DNA of 64,000 nt, from contig CBDCWG010000012.1 of NCBI GenBank assembly GCA_965223345.1, forward strand, positions 544,001-608,000, given 5' to 3'. A program made the translations under genes and the position numbers. This document shows positions 41,270 to 51,217 of the stretch, in pieces (position 1 is the first letter of the stretch; the number at the start of each line of letters is the position of its first letter). The notes under the pieces were generated by a model. The model made no database searches. It saw only the letters and a program-made list of their open reading frames with translations, and was not told the origin of the DNA. The stretch comes from Nitrospinales bacterium (GTDB taxonomy: Bacteria > Nitrospinota > Nitrospinia > Nitrospinales > VA-1).

Positions 41270-42046
41270 TCAGGCGATCGGGGTGCGGCTGCGTTGCTCC
41301 AGCAGCAGGACAAAGCGGGACATCAGCAGGGTCAGTGCGAGGTAGGTGAGGGCCACATAGGTGTAGGTTTCAAAATAATTGAAGTGATTGGTGGCCAGAT
41401 CGTTTCCGACCCGCAGGATGTCGGAGATGGCGAGCACCGAAACCAGGCTGGTGTCTTTCAGCATGCCCAGAATCTGGTTGCCGATGGCGGGGACGATGGT
41501 GCGCATCGCCTGCGGCAGAATGATTTTGTACAGGGCCTGCTGTGGATTCATGCCCAGGCTGCGGGCCGCCTCGCCCTGCTCTTTGGGTATCGCCTCGATT
41601 CCCGCCCGGAACACATCCGCCATGTAGGCGCCGTAACAGGTGCCAAATCCGAGCACCGCCGCTGCGAGAGCGGGGATGTGGAGATACTCGCCCAGCGCAT
41701 AATAGATATAGAATAGCAGAACCAGAAGCGGCACGCCTCTCAGGATCTCTGTATACAGGGAAGCCAATGTCTGCACGGTACGGCTTTGCGATAGTTTGCC
41801 CAGAGCGACCGCGAACCCCACGGCGATGGCGGCCGCACTTCCCAAGAAAGTCACCAGCAGCGTGATGCCGATCCCCTCAGGCAACAGCTTGAGCAGCATG
41901 AGGTAATCCTTGTTTTCCCCTTCGGGCAGATACAGATCGTTGGCCGGCAGATAAACCAGAAACACGATGCTGCCCGCCAGCGCGATGTACCAAGCCCAGT
42001 GCTGCGGTCCCGAGGTATTGCCAACGGATTGCCGGGATGAATTCAT
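41270..42046 (-). CDS. Polar amino-acid ABC permease
   Basis: RGVPLLV, EAARSLGM, ILPQA, LKDTSL. Confidence 0.92.
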   Translation of the reverse strand: MNSSRQSVGNTSGPQHWAWYIALAGSIVFLVYLPANDLYLPEGENKDYLMLLKLLPEGIGITLLVTFLGSAAAIAVGFAVALGKLSQSRTVQTLASLYTEILRGVPLLVLLFYIYYALGEYLHIPALAAAVLGFGTCYGAYMADVFRAGIEAIPKEQGEAARSLGMNPQQALYKIILPQAMRTIVPAIGNQILGMLKDTSLVSVLAISDILRVGNDLATNHFNYFETYTYVALTYLALTLLMSRFVLLLEQRSRTPIA

Positions 42047-42879
42047 GGTGCTGTCTCCGCCAGGCGCGGAAGCTGGGCGGCTTTGCCCAGTTCCCATTTG
42101 TCGTGCAGTTTGGCGACGGTTCCGTCTTTCAGCAGAGCCTCCAGGGCCGCGTTCACTTTTTTGAGCAAGTCGGTGTCCTCTTTTCTCAGAACGATGCCGT
42201 AATGTTCATCGGTCAGGATCTCTCCCACCATTTTTATCTGTTCAAAAAAATCCTGGCGGTGATTTTTGTAATACAATGTTCCCGTGCTTTCGCCGAGCAC
42301 CGCATCCACCTCGCCTTTGATGAGATCCGCCACCGCATGCCCGTAGGCATCGTAGCCCTTTTTTCGCACAGCCGGATCTTTCTCAAGAAAAAAATACGCC
42401 GTCGTTCCCCGCGTGGCCGCTGCGAGCAGGTTTTTGGCTTTGATGTCGTCGATCGAATCGATGCCCTCGCTGTCCCGCCGCACAACCAGAGCCAGTCCGC
42501 TTTTGAGATAGGGAATCGAAAACGCCATCCGCTTTTTACGTTCTTCAAGGATCGTCACCGAACTGATCACCATGTCGAATTTCCCGGTGATCAACCCGCC
42601 GAACAGTCCCGGCCACGCGACGGTGATGAGTTCGATGTCGAATCCGGCCCGTTCCGCGATCGCCTGCATGAGATCCGGTTCGAACCCCATCAGCTGATTG
42701 TTCTCCCCCCTGAAAGACATGGGGATCAACGTGGTGTCGGTGGCCACTTTCAGAGTTTGGCGCGAGGCGGGCGATTGTTTTTCTTCCGAACAACCGGTCA
42801 GGGCGGAAACGAAAATGAAAAGCAGCACCGCCTGCAAAAACGCATGGAGACGATTTCGTTTATTGAATGGGAAAGGCAT
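42043..42879 (-). CDS. Family 3 ABC substrate-binding lipoprotein
   Basis: LTGC lipobox, GKFDMVISSVTILEERKK.MAFSIPY. Confidence 0.9.
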   Translation of the reverse strand: MPFPFNKRNRLHAFLQAVLLFIFVSALTGCSEEKQSPASRQTLKVATDTTLIPMSFRGENNQLMGFEPDLMQAIAERAGFDIELITVAWPGLFGGLITGKFDMVISSVTILEERKKRMAFSIPYLKSGLALVVRRDSEGIDSIDDIKAKNLLAAATRGTTAYFFLEKDPAVRKKGYDAYGHAVADLIKGEVDAVLGESTGTLYYKNHRQDFFEQIKMVGEILTDEHYGIVLRKEDTDLLKKVNAALEALLKDGTVAKLHDKWELGKAAQLPRLAETAP

Positions 42880-43996
42880 CGAGAGCGGGTTCGGGAGCGG
42901 GGGTGGATTCGAAAAGCAGAATGTCGCGGCCCGACACAAAAAGCGGAACCCGTTTCTCCACTTTCAGGTTGACCGGGCGCGTTCCTTCGGGCGTGTTGCC
43001 TCCGGAAACCAGCAGTTTGTGTCCGCCGGCGATCTCCACCTTGAACTGGGTCTGGTTGCCGTAAAATATCTTTTCCTGAATGACCGCGTCCAGCTGGTTC
43101 ACCGGCTCCGGAATCCGGTCCTTGCCGGAAAAAAAGATCCGCTCCGGCCGGATGAAGCAATCGACCTGCCTGCCTTCCAGAAACTTGCGGTCGGAATGGC
43201 ATCTTAGGGTGAGTTTTTTGCCGAGCGAGACCACCGTTTTGTCGGGCCCCTGATATTTCACCGTGCCGCCGAATTGGTTGATGGTTCCTAAAAAACCGGC
43301 CACGAACGGCGAATTCGGATGATTGTACAGCGCTTCCGGCTCGCCGACCTGCAACAGCCGTCCTTTTTCCAGGATGCCGATGCGGGTGGCGAGGTTCATC
43401 GCTTCTTCCTGGTCGTGGGTCACGAACAAAAAGGTGATGCCCAGCGTCTCCTGGATTTCCTTGAGCTCCTCGCGCAGGCTTGTTCTGAGGGTGGCGTCGA
43501 GCGCCGACAAGGGTTCATCGAGCAGCAGGATCTTGGGGCGGTTGACGATGGCGCGGATGATCGCCACGCGCTGCGCCTCGCCGCCGCTCAAACGGGCGGG
43601 CATGGCGTGCTTCAGCCCTTCCAGGTGTGTGATATTCAACAGCTTGTCGATGCGCTTGGCCAACAGGTCCTCCGAAAGCCCACGTATCCGCGGCCCCACC
43701 GCGATGTTGTCGTACACGCTCATGTGCGGGAACAACGCGTAACTCTGAAAGATAAAGCCCACCGGTCGTTTCTCCACAGAAAACGGTTCCATGTCCTCGC
43801 CGCCGATGTGGATCGTGCCCTGATCCGGAGTCTCGAATCCCGCGATCAGGCGCAGGAGCGTGGTTTTGCCGCAACCGCTGCGGCCCAGAAGCACGAAGCG
43901 CTCACCCGTTTGAACCGTGAGGGACAGATCGCGGATCACGGTTTTGAAACCGAAAGACTTGGAAAGCGAATCGAGCCGGACCACACAAAACCTCAT
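42860..43996 (-). CDS. ABC ATPase, PotA/CysA-like with TOBE-type tail
   Basis: GRSGCGKT, FQSYALFPHM, LSGGEAQR, LLLDEPLSALD, VTHDQEEA. Confidence 0.9.
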   Translation of the reverse strand: MRFCVVRLDSLSKSFGFKTVIRDLSLTVQTGERFVLLGRSGCGKTTLLRLIAGFETPDQGTIHIGGEDMEPFSVEKRPVGFIFQSYALFPHMSVYDNIAVGPRIRGLSEDLLAKRIDKLLNITHLEGLKHAMPARLSGGEAQRVAIIRAIVNRPKILLLDEPLSALDATLRTSLREELKEIQETLGITFLFVTHDQEEAMNLATRIGILEKGRLLQVGEPEALYNHPNSPFVAGFLGTINQFGGTVKYQGPDKTVVSLGKKLTLRCHSDRKFLEGRQVDCFIRPERIFFSGKDRIPEPVNQLDAVIQEKIFYGNQTQFKVEIAGGHKLLVSGGNTPEGTRPVNLKVEKRVPLFVSGRDILLFESTPAPEPALDAFPIQ

Positions 43997-44082
43997 TTTT
44001 GTTAAAAACTTGAAACCCGAGCGCATTTTATATAAATTTGCGGCTCTATGACACCACCTTGTTGTATTTGGACGAAATCGAC

Positions 44083-45348
44083 ATGCAGGTATTGATCGTG
44101 GGCGGCGGCGGGCGCGAGCACGCCCTGGCCTGGAAAATAAAGCAAAGCCCCAGTGTGGACCGCATTTTCTGCGCCCCCGGCAACGCAGGCACCGCACTGT
44201 GTGCCGAAAATCTCAATCTCGCCGCCGATGACATCGAGGGACTCCTCGCCTTCGCGGAAAAAAACAATATCGGATTGACTGTGGTGGGACCGGAGCAACC
44301 GCTGGTGGCCGGGATCGTCGACCGGTTCCAGGAAAACAGCCTGCGCATTTTCGGGCCTTCGGCGAAGGCGGCCGAGCTGGAGGGCAGCAAGGCGTTTTCC
44401 AAGGATATGATGAAACAATACGGTATCCCGACCGGGGATTACCGGGTGTTTCATTCTGCGGAGGAGGCCCGTGTCTACGCCGGGAAACAATCCGACCCTC
44501 TGGTCGTCAAGGCCGACGGTCTGGCGGCGGGAAAGGGCGTGCTGCTTTGTGCGAACGGGGACGAAGCAGCGCAAGGCATCCAGTCGATCATGGAGGAAAA
44601 AGCATTTGGTGACGCCGGCAACAAGATCGTCATCGAGGAATTTCTCAAGGGGCAGGAAGTTTCGCTTTTGGCATTCACGGATGGAAAGACAGTTCTGCCG
44701 CTCGATTCCGCACAGGATCACAAGGCGGCGTTCGACGGGGACACCGGCCCCAACACGGGCGGTATGGGTGCCTATTCCCCGGCGCCCATATTCACACCCG
44801 CTTTCAAAGATGAGGTGATGCAAACGGTTATGGTTCCCATGGTGCGCGCGATGGAACAGGAGGGCCGCGTGTACCGGGGGATTCTGTATGCCGGGCTCAT
44901 GCTGACGGCGGCGGGACCCAAGGTGCTAGAGTTCAACGCCCGCTTCGGCGATCCCGAGACGCAGCCGTTGCTGGTGCGCATGCAGAACGACATCGTGCCG
45001 TTGTTCGAAGCCTGCATCGATGGCACTCTGGATAAACAGAACCTGAGCTGGAAAAACGAGTCGTCGGTCTGCGTGGTCATGGCGGCGGAAGGTTATCCGG
45101 GTTCCTACGCCAAGGGCAGGGCGATCGAAGGTCTAAAGGAGGCGGAAAAGATCGATGGCGTGGTGGTATTTCACGCCGGAACCAAGGCTGTGGATGGCGC
45201 TGTCTGCACCAACGGCGGCCGCGTTTTGGGTGTCACCGCGTTGGGAAAAGACACAGCCACCGCCATCGGGCTCGCCTATCAGGCGGTGGAAAAAATCCAC
45301 TGGCAGGGAATCCATTACCGCAAGGACATCGGCAAACGGGCAGGATGA
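44083..45348 (+). CDS. purD: Phosphoribosylamine-glycine ligase
   Basis: GGGGREHAL, KADGLAAGKGV, QDHK, GPNTGGMG, EFNARFGDPE. Confidence 0.97.
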   Translation: MQVLIVGGGGREHALAWKIKQSPSVDRIFCAPGNAGTALCAENLNLAADDIEGLLAFAEKNNIGLTVVGPEQPLVAGIVDRFQENSLRIFGPSAKAAELEGSKAFSKDMMKQYGIPTGDYRVFHSAEEARVYAGKQSDPLVVKADGLAAGKGVLLCANGDEAAQGIQSIMEEKAFGDAGNKIVIEEFLKGQEVSLLAFTDGKTVLPLDSAQDHKAAFDGDTGPNTGGMGAYSPAPIFTPAFKDEVMQTVMVPMVRAMEQEGRVYRGILYAGLMLTAAGPKVLEFNARFGDPETQPLLVRMQNDIVPLFEACIDGTLDKQNLSWKNESSVCVVMAAEGYPGSYAKGRAIEGLKEAEKIDGVVVFHAGTKAVDGAVCTNGGRVLGVTALGKDTATAIGLAYQAVEKIHWQGIHYRKDIGKRAG

Positions 45349-45390
45349 AGATCGGCGTTGGAGTGTCAGGCTGGCGGACTTGCACGCTGC

Positions 45391-45771
45391 TCAGTCGAGT
45401 TGCGGTTCCTTGATGTCCTCGACCTTTTCCATCTGTTTGTCGAACAGTTTGTGCGAAAGGTACCAGGACCCCCAGGAAATCACCGCCACGGTCGCCAGGC
45501 CGATGGCGGCCCACAGGCCGACGTTGCCGGAAACGGACATGCCGCGTAAAAACACGAACGCCCCCAAAGGCAGTGCCATGATGAACCCGAAACAGGTGAG
45601 AAGCATCGAGCTGCGCGCGTAATATTTGGGGCGCACATCGATGTTGAGCTGGCCCAGGTATTTCTGGTTTTCCGGTTCCGCCGCATCGAGCAGCGGCACC
45701 TCGCCCTCGCATTTCGGGCAGAACTGCCCGCCCCAGAAGGCGTTTTTGCATTGCAGACAGAATTTGACCAT
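45391..45771 (-). CDS. Zinc-ribbon membrane protein
   Basis: CLQC...CPKC then two TM segments. Confidence 0.65.
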   Translation of the reverse strand: MVKFCLQCKNAFWGGQFCPKCEGEVPLLDAAEPENQKYLGQLNIDVRPKYYARSSMLLTCFGFIMALPLGAFVFLRGMSVSGNVGLWAAIGLATVAVISWGSWYLSHKLFDKQMEKVEDIKEPQLD

Positions 45772-45842
45772 TAGCCGGTAGCGTCCGATTGAAGAATGAT
45801 TTAGGATACCCTTTCGGATACAACGAATCAACGACCAAAACC

Positions 45843-46643
45843 ATGGCCAACCCAACCATCACCGTTTTGACTCACGGCGGCGCGGGCTCCGACGCGAAAC
45901 ACGCCGACGGCACCCACAAAGCCGCGCAAACTTGCGTGGAATCAATCCGTTCGGGAGATCCGCTATTGCAGTCTGTAAGCCGGGCTGTGGCCGTGCTGGA
46001 GGACGATTCCCGCTTCAATGCTGGAATCGGTTCGCATCCCCGATCCGATGGGTCGGTGGAGATGGACGCCGCGGTCATGGATTCTTCCGGACGCTTCGGT
46101 GCCGTCGCCGCTCTCAAAGGATTCAGAAACCCGGTACATGTGGCCCACGCCATCGCAAAAACCCGCTACCGAATTTTAGCCGGTAGCGGAGCCGCAGACT
46201 TTGCGGCAAACGGCGGATTTGAATCACTGGATCGGAGTCAGGTAACCGCGAAAGGGCAGGATTTTTCCACCCGCGAACCGACCACCGACACCGTGGGATG
46301 CGTCGCCTTCGATGGAATCGGATTTGCCGCCGGGCTCAGTACTGGCGGTATCGGTAACGCCATCCCCGGACGCGTGGGTGATGTGCCGCTGATCGGGTGC
46401 GGCTTGTATGCCGGCCCGCAAGGCGCCATCGCCGCCACCGGCAGTGGCGAAGCCATCACCATGAACCTGACCGCGATCCGCACCTATCAGAAAATCGAAC
46501 AAGGAGAGACACCAGAAAAGATCCTTGAGGATGTATTAAGTTGGTTTCAAGCCGATGAAGCATTCGGCATTTTGATCTTGAGTCGTAAAGGGTCCGCAGG
46601 GGGGGCCAATCGGTCCATGGCGTGGTCCACCCTAAAGGATTGA
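45843..46643 (+). CDS. Isoaspartyl peptidase/L-asparaginase (Ntn hydrolase)
   Basis: HGGAG, FNAG, DTVG, STGG, GRVGD, TGSGE. Confidence 0.92.
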   Translation: MANPTITVLTHGGAGSDAKHADGTHKAAQTCVESIRSGDPLLQSVSRAVAVLEDDSRFNAGIGSHPRSDGSVEMDAAVMDSSGRFGAVAALKGFRNPVHVAHAIAKTRYRILAGSGAADFAANGGFESLDRSQVTAKGQDFSTREPTTDTVGCVAFDGIGFAAGLSTGGIGNAIPGRVGDVPLIGCGLYAGPQGAIAATGSGEAITMNLTAIRTYQKIEQGETPEKILEDVLSWFQADEAFGILILSRKGSAGGANRSMAWSTLKD

Positions 46644-46861
46644 ATGTGTTTAACAAAACACATAAAAAATTCCAAAATACAAGGGAGGAATTTTACCTTA
46701 AAGAAACTGTCTGATTACACGAGCCCTATTGGTATAGAAAAGGGTAAAGTTCAAACAGTCCCTAATCCAATCACAACATCTAGACCCGTTTTTTTGGGGG
46801 CAAGTCATTTAGAGTAATCGATCGGATCTAGGGGAAATAATCATTTTGGCACAGAGATTTA

Positions 46862-47104
46862 CTATCTAGTTTCTTTTCTTTTTTTATGAAAGTCCAGCAA
46901 TTCACTGGGCTTTACTTTTAGTGCTTTAGCGATTTTGCATATATTAAGCAATCCTACATTTCTCCTTCCCTGTTCAATTCCTCCAATATAAGTACGATCT
47001 AGACCGCATTCAAAGGCCAATTCCTCCTGAGACCAACCATAGTCTTTGCGTAGCATTCGCACCCTTCTTCCAAATAGAATTCTGGGATCGGCCTTCAAAT
47101 TCAA
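46862..47104 (-). CDS. XRE HTH, restriction-modification controller (C) protein-like
   Basis: SQEELAFECGLDRTYIGGIEQGRRNV; TTG start. Confidence 0.85.
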   Translation of the reverse strand: MNLKADPRILFGRRVRMLRKDYGWSQEELAFECGLDRTYIGGIEQGRRNVGLLNICKIAKALKVKPSELLDFHKKRKETR

Positions 47105-47164
47105 TTTGCCTCATTTGGGAGAGGAAAATAATAAAAGAAATAAACTCCCAAAATTGAAGCAGTT

Positions 47165-47198
47165 TGATGACTTTAAGTCTACGGACTATAAGTATCAT
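47165..47198 (-). promoter_or_regulatory. Double C-box operator
   Basis: Minus strand ATGA-TACTTATAGTC-CGTA-GACTTAAAGTC-ATCA. Confidence 0.8.
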
Positions 47199-47356
47199 TT
47201 GAAAAGCCCCGCCCTGGTAGTTATACTGAGTTATGGGCGCCACAAATAACTACAAATATTGACCTTATTTCCACATAGAAACCGAAAATCGAGGGAATTA
47301 AATGCCCTAAATTGGCAAACAAAGTCTAAATATGAACACAATGGAACGAGGAGACC

Positions 47357-47839
47357 ATGATGCTTAGATTAATTTTATTTTTGATATTCTCATATTTATT
47401 TACCCAACCCTCTTTCGCGGAAATATATAAATGGGTAGATGAAAATGGAAAAACCCATTTTACAAATAACCTTTCACAAGTACCTCAAGAAGAAATAAAT
47501 AAGCAAAAGATCGGAAAATCAAAAAAGGGCTTTAAAGGCAAAGTATTTGGCATACTTGTAACTTGCAAAAAACCTCTTTCACCTGATGGTAAAGAAAAAA
47601 TAGCGAGTTATTATAAAGGCTATCAACGGGCAGTATCAAGGTTCGGAAAGAAATCCGTTAGGATATATCAACTAAATGAAGAAGGCACTAAATGGTGCGA
47701 ACTTTTGGGGGAAAATTCATTGACCTGCGCAAAACAGAAGCGCAAATATGCGAATAAAAAAATGGAATTTTATCAAAATATGGTGCTGTCAACTTTCGTC
47801 TTAGAAGGATGTAAGTTTAAAAAATCAAAAACAGGTTAA
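47357..47839 (+). CDS. DUF4124-domain exported protein
   Basis: Signal peptide then AEIYKWVDENGKTHFTN; GAGGAG RBS. Confidence 0.8.
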   Translation: MMLRLILFLIFSYLFTQPSFAEIYKWVDENGKTHFTNNLSQVPQEEINKQKIGKSKKGFKGKVFGILVTCKKPLSPDGKEKIASYYKGYQRAVSRFGKKSVRIYQLNEEGTKWCELLGENSLTCAKQKRKYANKKMEFYQNMVLSTFVLEGCKFKKSKTG

Positions 47840-47885
47840 ACGATATTGAATCGATACTTTTAGCAAAATTAATATATAAGGAAGA

Positions 47886-48160
47886 TCAATTCTCTACTTT
47901 ATTTAGAGTAGAGCAGACTTCCACTATCATATTAGAAACCATAGCTGCATAGGGTATGGTTTGTAACTCCATATGCCCTCCATCTTCTGTCCGCTTTAAT
48001 TCCTCTACTACGAGATTTTTTGACATTGTCTATATCTAATAGATCATTCTGGCGTCTTGAATCCTCCCATTCACCAAATATCTCCCCTATCACTTGTGTG
48101 TCATTCGAGACTATTTCTATTTTCTTCCGTAAGAATCGCTGGAGATCTTCTTTCTCCTTT
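47886..48160 (-). pseudogene. Decayed NucS-like PD-(D/E)XK endonuclease
   Basis: EDLQRFLRKKIEIV...EIFGEWEDSRRQNDLLDID, frameshift in T6 run 48016-48021, then NLVVEELKRTEDGGHMELQTIPYAAMVS. Confidence 0.75.
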
Positions 48161-48400
48161 TATTTCTCAATACGGTAGTTTTAAAATTGCTATTGATTTA
48201 TGAACTTCCAAACTTATTGATTTTTTCAGTAAAGAAAAATGGACAAAAGGGTCTAGAGAAAACCCAACCTCACAAACTCATTTCTCAGTTTTCCAGAGGT
48301 AGGGTCTTCAACAGAAGCTATTCTTTTATTTGCATTTACAAGCTTCCTGTTATTGGTATCAAGGGGGGGGGGTGAAAGACGAAATACAAAGAATAAAGGG

Positions 48401-48420
48401 TGGCCCCAAATTGGACCCAA
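48401..48420. repeat. Tandem 9-bp repeat, possible integrase arm sites
   Basis: TGGCCCCAA (48401) and TGGACCCAA (48412). Confidence 0.4.
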
Positions 48421-48539
48421 TCAACCTAATTAATTGTTAATATTACCTCTTCCTATGAGTGGCAATCAGAGGGTGCTATTTCCCACCGTTTGCGTTATCC
48501 TTCCCAAATACACGATAAATTCAAATAAATTGGTGGGTT

Positions 48540-49603
48540 ATGGTGAGTTTCCAAAAACGCAGGAAAAAGCATGGAAAAACCGTTTTTCGGGCCCGAGTGC
48601 GGCTCACTGGGCACCCAGATCAATCGGCCACTTTTGAACGAAAAACTGATGCCCGCTGCTGGGCGACGGCAAAAGAATCTGAAATCCGTGAAGGGCGGCA
48701 CTTTAAAACCTCTAAAGCCAATCAGCATACTTTAGGTGAGTTGATCGATCGATACATCCAATCTGTGCTACCTAAAAAAAGTGAATCCATGCAGGTAAAT
48801 CAGTACGGTCAGCTTTTATGGTGGAAAGAAAGATTTGGGGAGAAACGTCTATCAGAGATGAGTCCCGCGATGATCGCTCAAGGCCGGGATCGATTGCTGA
48901 ATGAAATTGGGTTTAAAGGTAAAAGCGATCTCATGCATCTGTCAATCGTCATCTTGCTGCAATCTCTCATGCTTTCACCATTGCCATACGTGAATGGGAT
49001 TGGATGGATGAAAACCCCATGAGTAAAGTTTCAAAACCCAAAGAATTTCAAGGAAGAGTGCGGTATCTCAATGATGAAGAGCGGAATCGTTTGCTGAAAG
49101 CTTGCCGAGAAATTAAAGAACCCTTTCTGTATCCCGTCGTGATTTTAGCCTTATCCACGGGTGCCCGAAAATCAGAGATCTTAAATCTAAAATGGGAAAA
49201 TGTCGATTTTACTCGTTGCATGGCCATCATCCATGCAACCAAAAACGGCGAGCGTCGCGCCCTACCGTTATCGAGTGAGTCACTTACAGTTTTAGAAACG
49301 CTTAAGAGAAATAAACGAAAAGACTCGAAACTTTTGTTTCCAAATATGAAAGGGGATAAACCCTTTCAGGTTGATCCTTCCTGGAAATTAGCACTAAAAC
49401 AGGCTGAGATACATGACTTTAGGTTTCACGACCTCAGGCACTGTGCAGCGAGTTATTTGGCGATGAATGGAGCGACTCTGTTGGAAATAGCGCATGTTCT
49501 GGGTCACAAAACATTAAGGATGGTAAAACGTTACTCGCATTTGAGCGATCAACACATTGCGGGAGTTGTGGAGAAGATGAATCGGATGATAATAGGGAAG
49601 TAA
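48540..49603 (+). pseudogene. Tyrosine recombinase/integrase with single frameshift
   Basis: Frame change at GGTAAAAGCGA (48918-48928); R (GARKSE), K (TKNG), HDLRH, LGH, RY retained. Confidence 0.88.
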
Positions 49604-49819
49604 ATTAGCTGAGTCTAGTATGGAGGAAAAGGGGAATTCTGCATTTTAGCTCTTTTGCCCCTGGAAGCATTGGTACGTAATTATTATAGTTTCTAAATTC
49701 CCTTGAAATAGCATAAGTTTCAAAGATTAGAGGATAAATAGTCTGCTTTGCTTCTTAAGTCGGATTTATAAAGTAAATGCTTATTTCAAATTCTAATTTC
49801 TATTAATCGGATAAATCCT

Positions 49820-50251
49820 TCAATGCATATGAGTATTCCCGGCGATTATATGATTCATAAAATTTAATATTCGACGTTTTTTCAATATCAACATACTCCC
49901 TACTAATAACCCCAAACCATTAAAGAAAAGATCTAAAATCTCAAATTTTCGCTCAGCTATTTGGGATTGATATATTTCCAGGCAAAAACTCATTAAAAAT
50001 ATAAAGAATGATATTTTAAACAGACTCATTTTATCTTTATTGAATCCCCAAAGCACAATTAAAGAAAGATACAAAAATAAATGGCCCCACTTATCAATTC
50101 CTAATAAAAATAAATCATATGCTGGTATTAATGGTTTATTATTCAATGAAAAAAATAAAATAATTAATAAAATTATAAATCCCCCAAATATTCTAGCAAT
50201 ATCGCTCAACGCTTTTATCACCGAAAAAAAAGATTTTCTATATAGCCGCAA
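49820..50251 (-). CDS. VanZ-like membrane protein
   Basis: DKWGH, EIYQ...R...DLFFN.LG; start uncertain. Confidence 0.7.
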   Translation of the reverse strand: MRLYRKSFFSVIKALSDIARIFGGFIILLIILFFSLNNKPLIPAYDLFLLGIDKWGHLFLYLSLIVLWGFNKDKMSLFKISFFIFLMSFCLEIYQSQIAERKFEILDLFFNGLGLLVGSMLILKKRRILNFMNHIIAGNTHMH

Positions 50252-51051
50252 ATTTCACCGAATTGACCAATACCGTCTTGAATAGAACCCAGAATTTAAG
50301 CATATCAAAACATCATTTCATCTCTCTTGGAATATTTATCAAGAAATCTACAACCACTAAGAAAGTTAATTATTTTTCACGAAAGACCACCTGGAGTTGA
50401 GATCGATAATTCCAAGAATATTTGTAATAGCATATAATCTTTAAATTAACTATCTTTCCACTTGATTAATCAATAAAATTCGAACCTTGCAAATATTTAC
50501 CCCACTTGTCCAATACAGCCAGCTCTAAAATACTTAAAAAATTTTCTTCCTTATAAATTCACCTCCCCTTCCAGCCTTGTTTTGAGTTGTCATATAGTTC
50601 ACTTGCCTCAAGAATTATGACGAAACTCCAGATTGGTTATTTGATCTTGACTCATTAAAAGTAGAAATTTATTAATTTTTCCATGAAGTTCGTGAACTTA
50701 ACTCACACCGCATTTTTTTCTTCCGTCGATTTCTCTGTGAAATGACCTGATACTCCTATAATAAGAGTCCTTCAATAAAATTTTACCTCTCTAAAATAGA
50801 GGTATCGTTCCGTAAACTTTCTTCTCAAAAACAATTTCAAAAGCGTCAAAATATCCTTCACTATCAATGGGTTTCCCACCTATTCACCATAGATTTATTG
50901 ACGCCCTAGAGGAATGAAACTTTTTCTATCTGTAGGTAATTAAAAATATATTGAATCAAAATACCCCCCACCTTTTTATTTTATTACCTTTTTAAGATCT
51001 CAACATACTCCTTTGAAATTATTAATAAAACCTCACTTACCCCAACCAAGA

Positions 51052-51067
51052 AGGCATAGATATTGCT
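51052..51067 (+). promoter_or_regulatory. Putative sigma54 -24/-12 promoter
   Basis: AGGCATAGATATTGCT, GG-N10-GC. Confidence 0.5.
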
Positions 51068-51217
51068 ACCTCACCTCAGGTAACTTCTAAAAAAATACTT
51101 TTTTATAAACACGAAATATAAGTGAAAAGTTTGCTGAGGATTTAAAAGCTATCTGATTTTTAATTCCTCTAATTTAGTGAAGTACTTCTTAAAACACAAA
51201 AGGTCAATTGGAGTTTT

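Noticed and set aside
46644..46817. 57-codon ORF after the asparaginase gene
   Set aside because: No recognisable motif; likely a chance ORF.
48911..48928. Programmed -1 frameshift in the integrase
   Set aside because: TTTAAAG is not in the X XXY YYZ phase and no stimulatory structure is evident.
49621..49638. TGGAGGAAAAGGGGAATT as a second ssrA att copy
   Set aside because: The match needs a gap and several mismatches in purine-rich sequence, and core genes such as purD lie in between.
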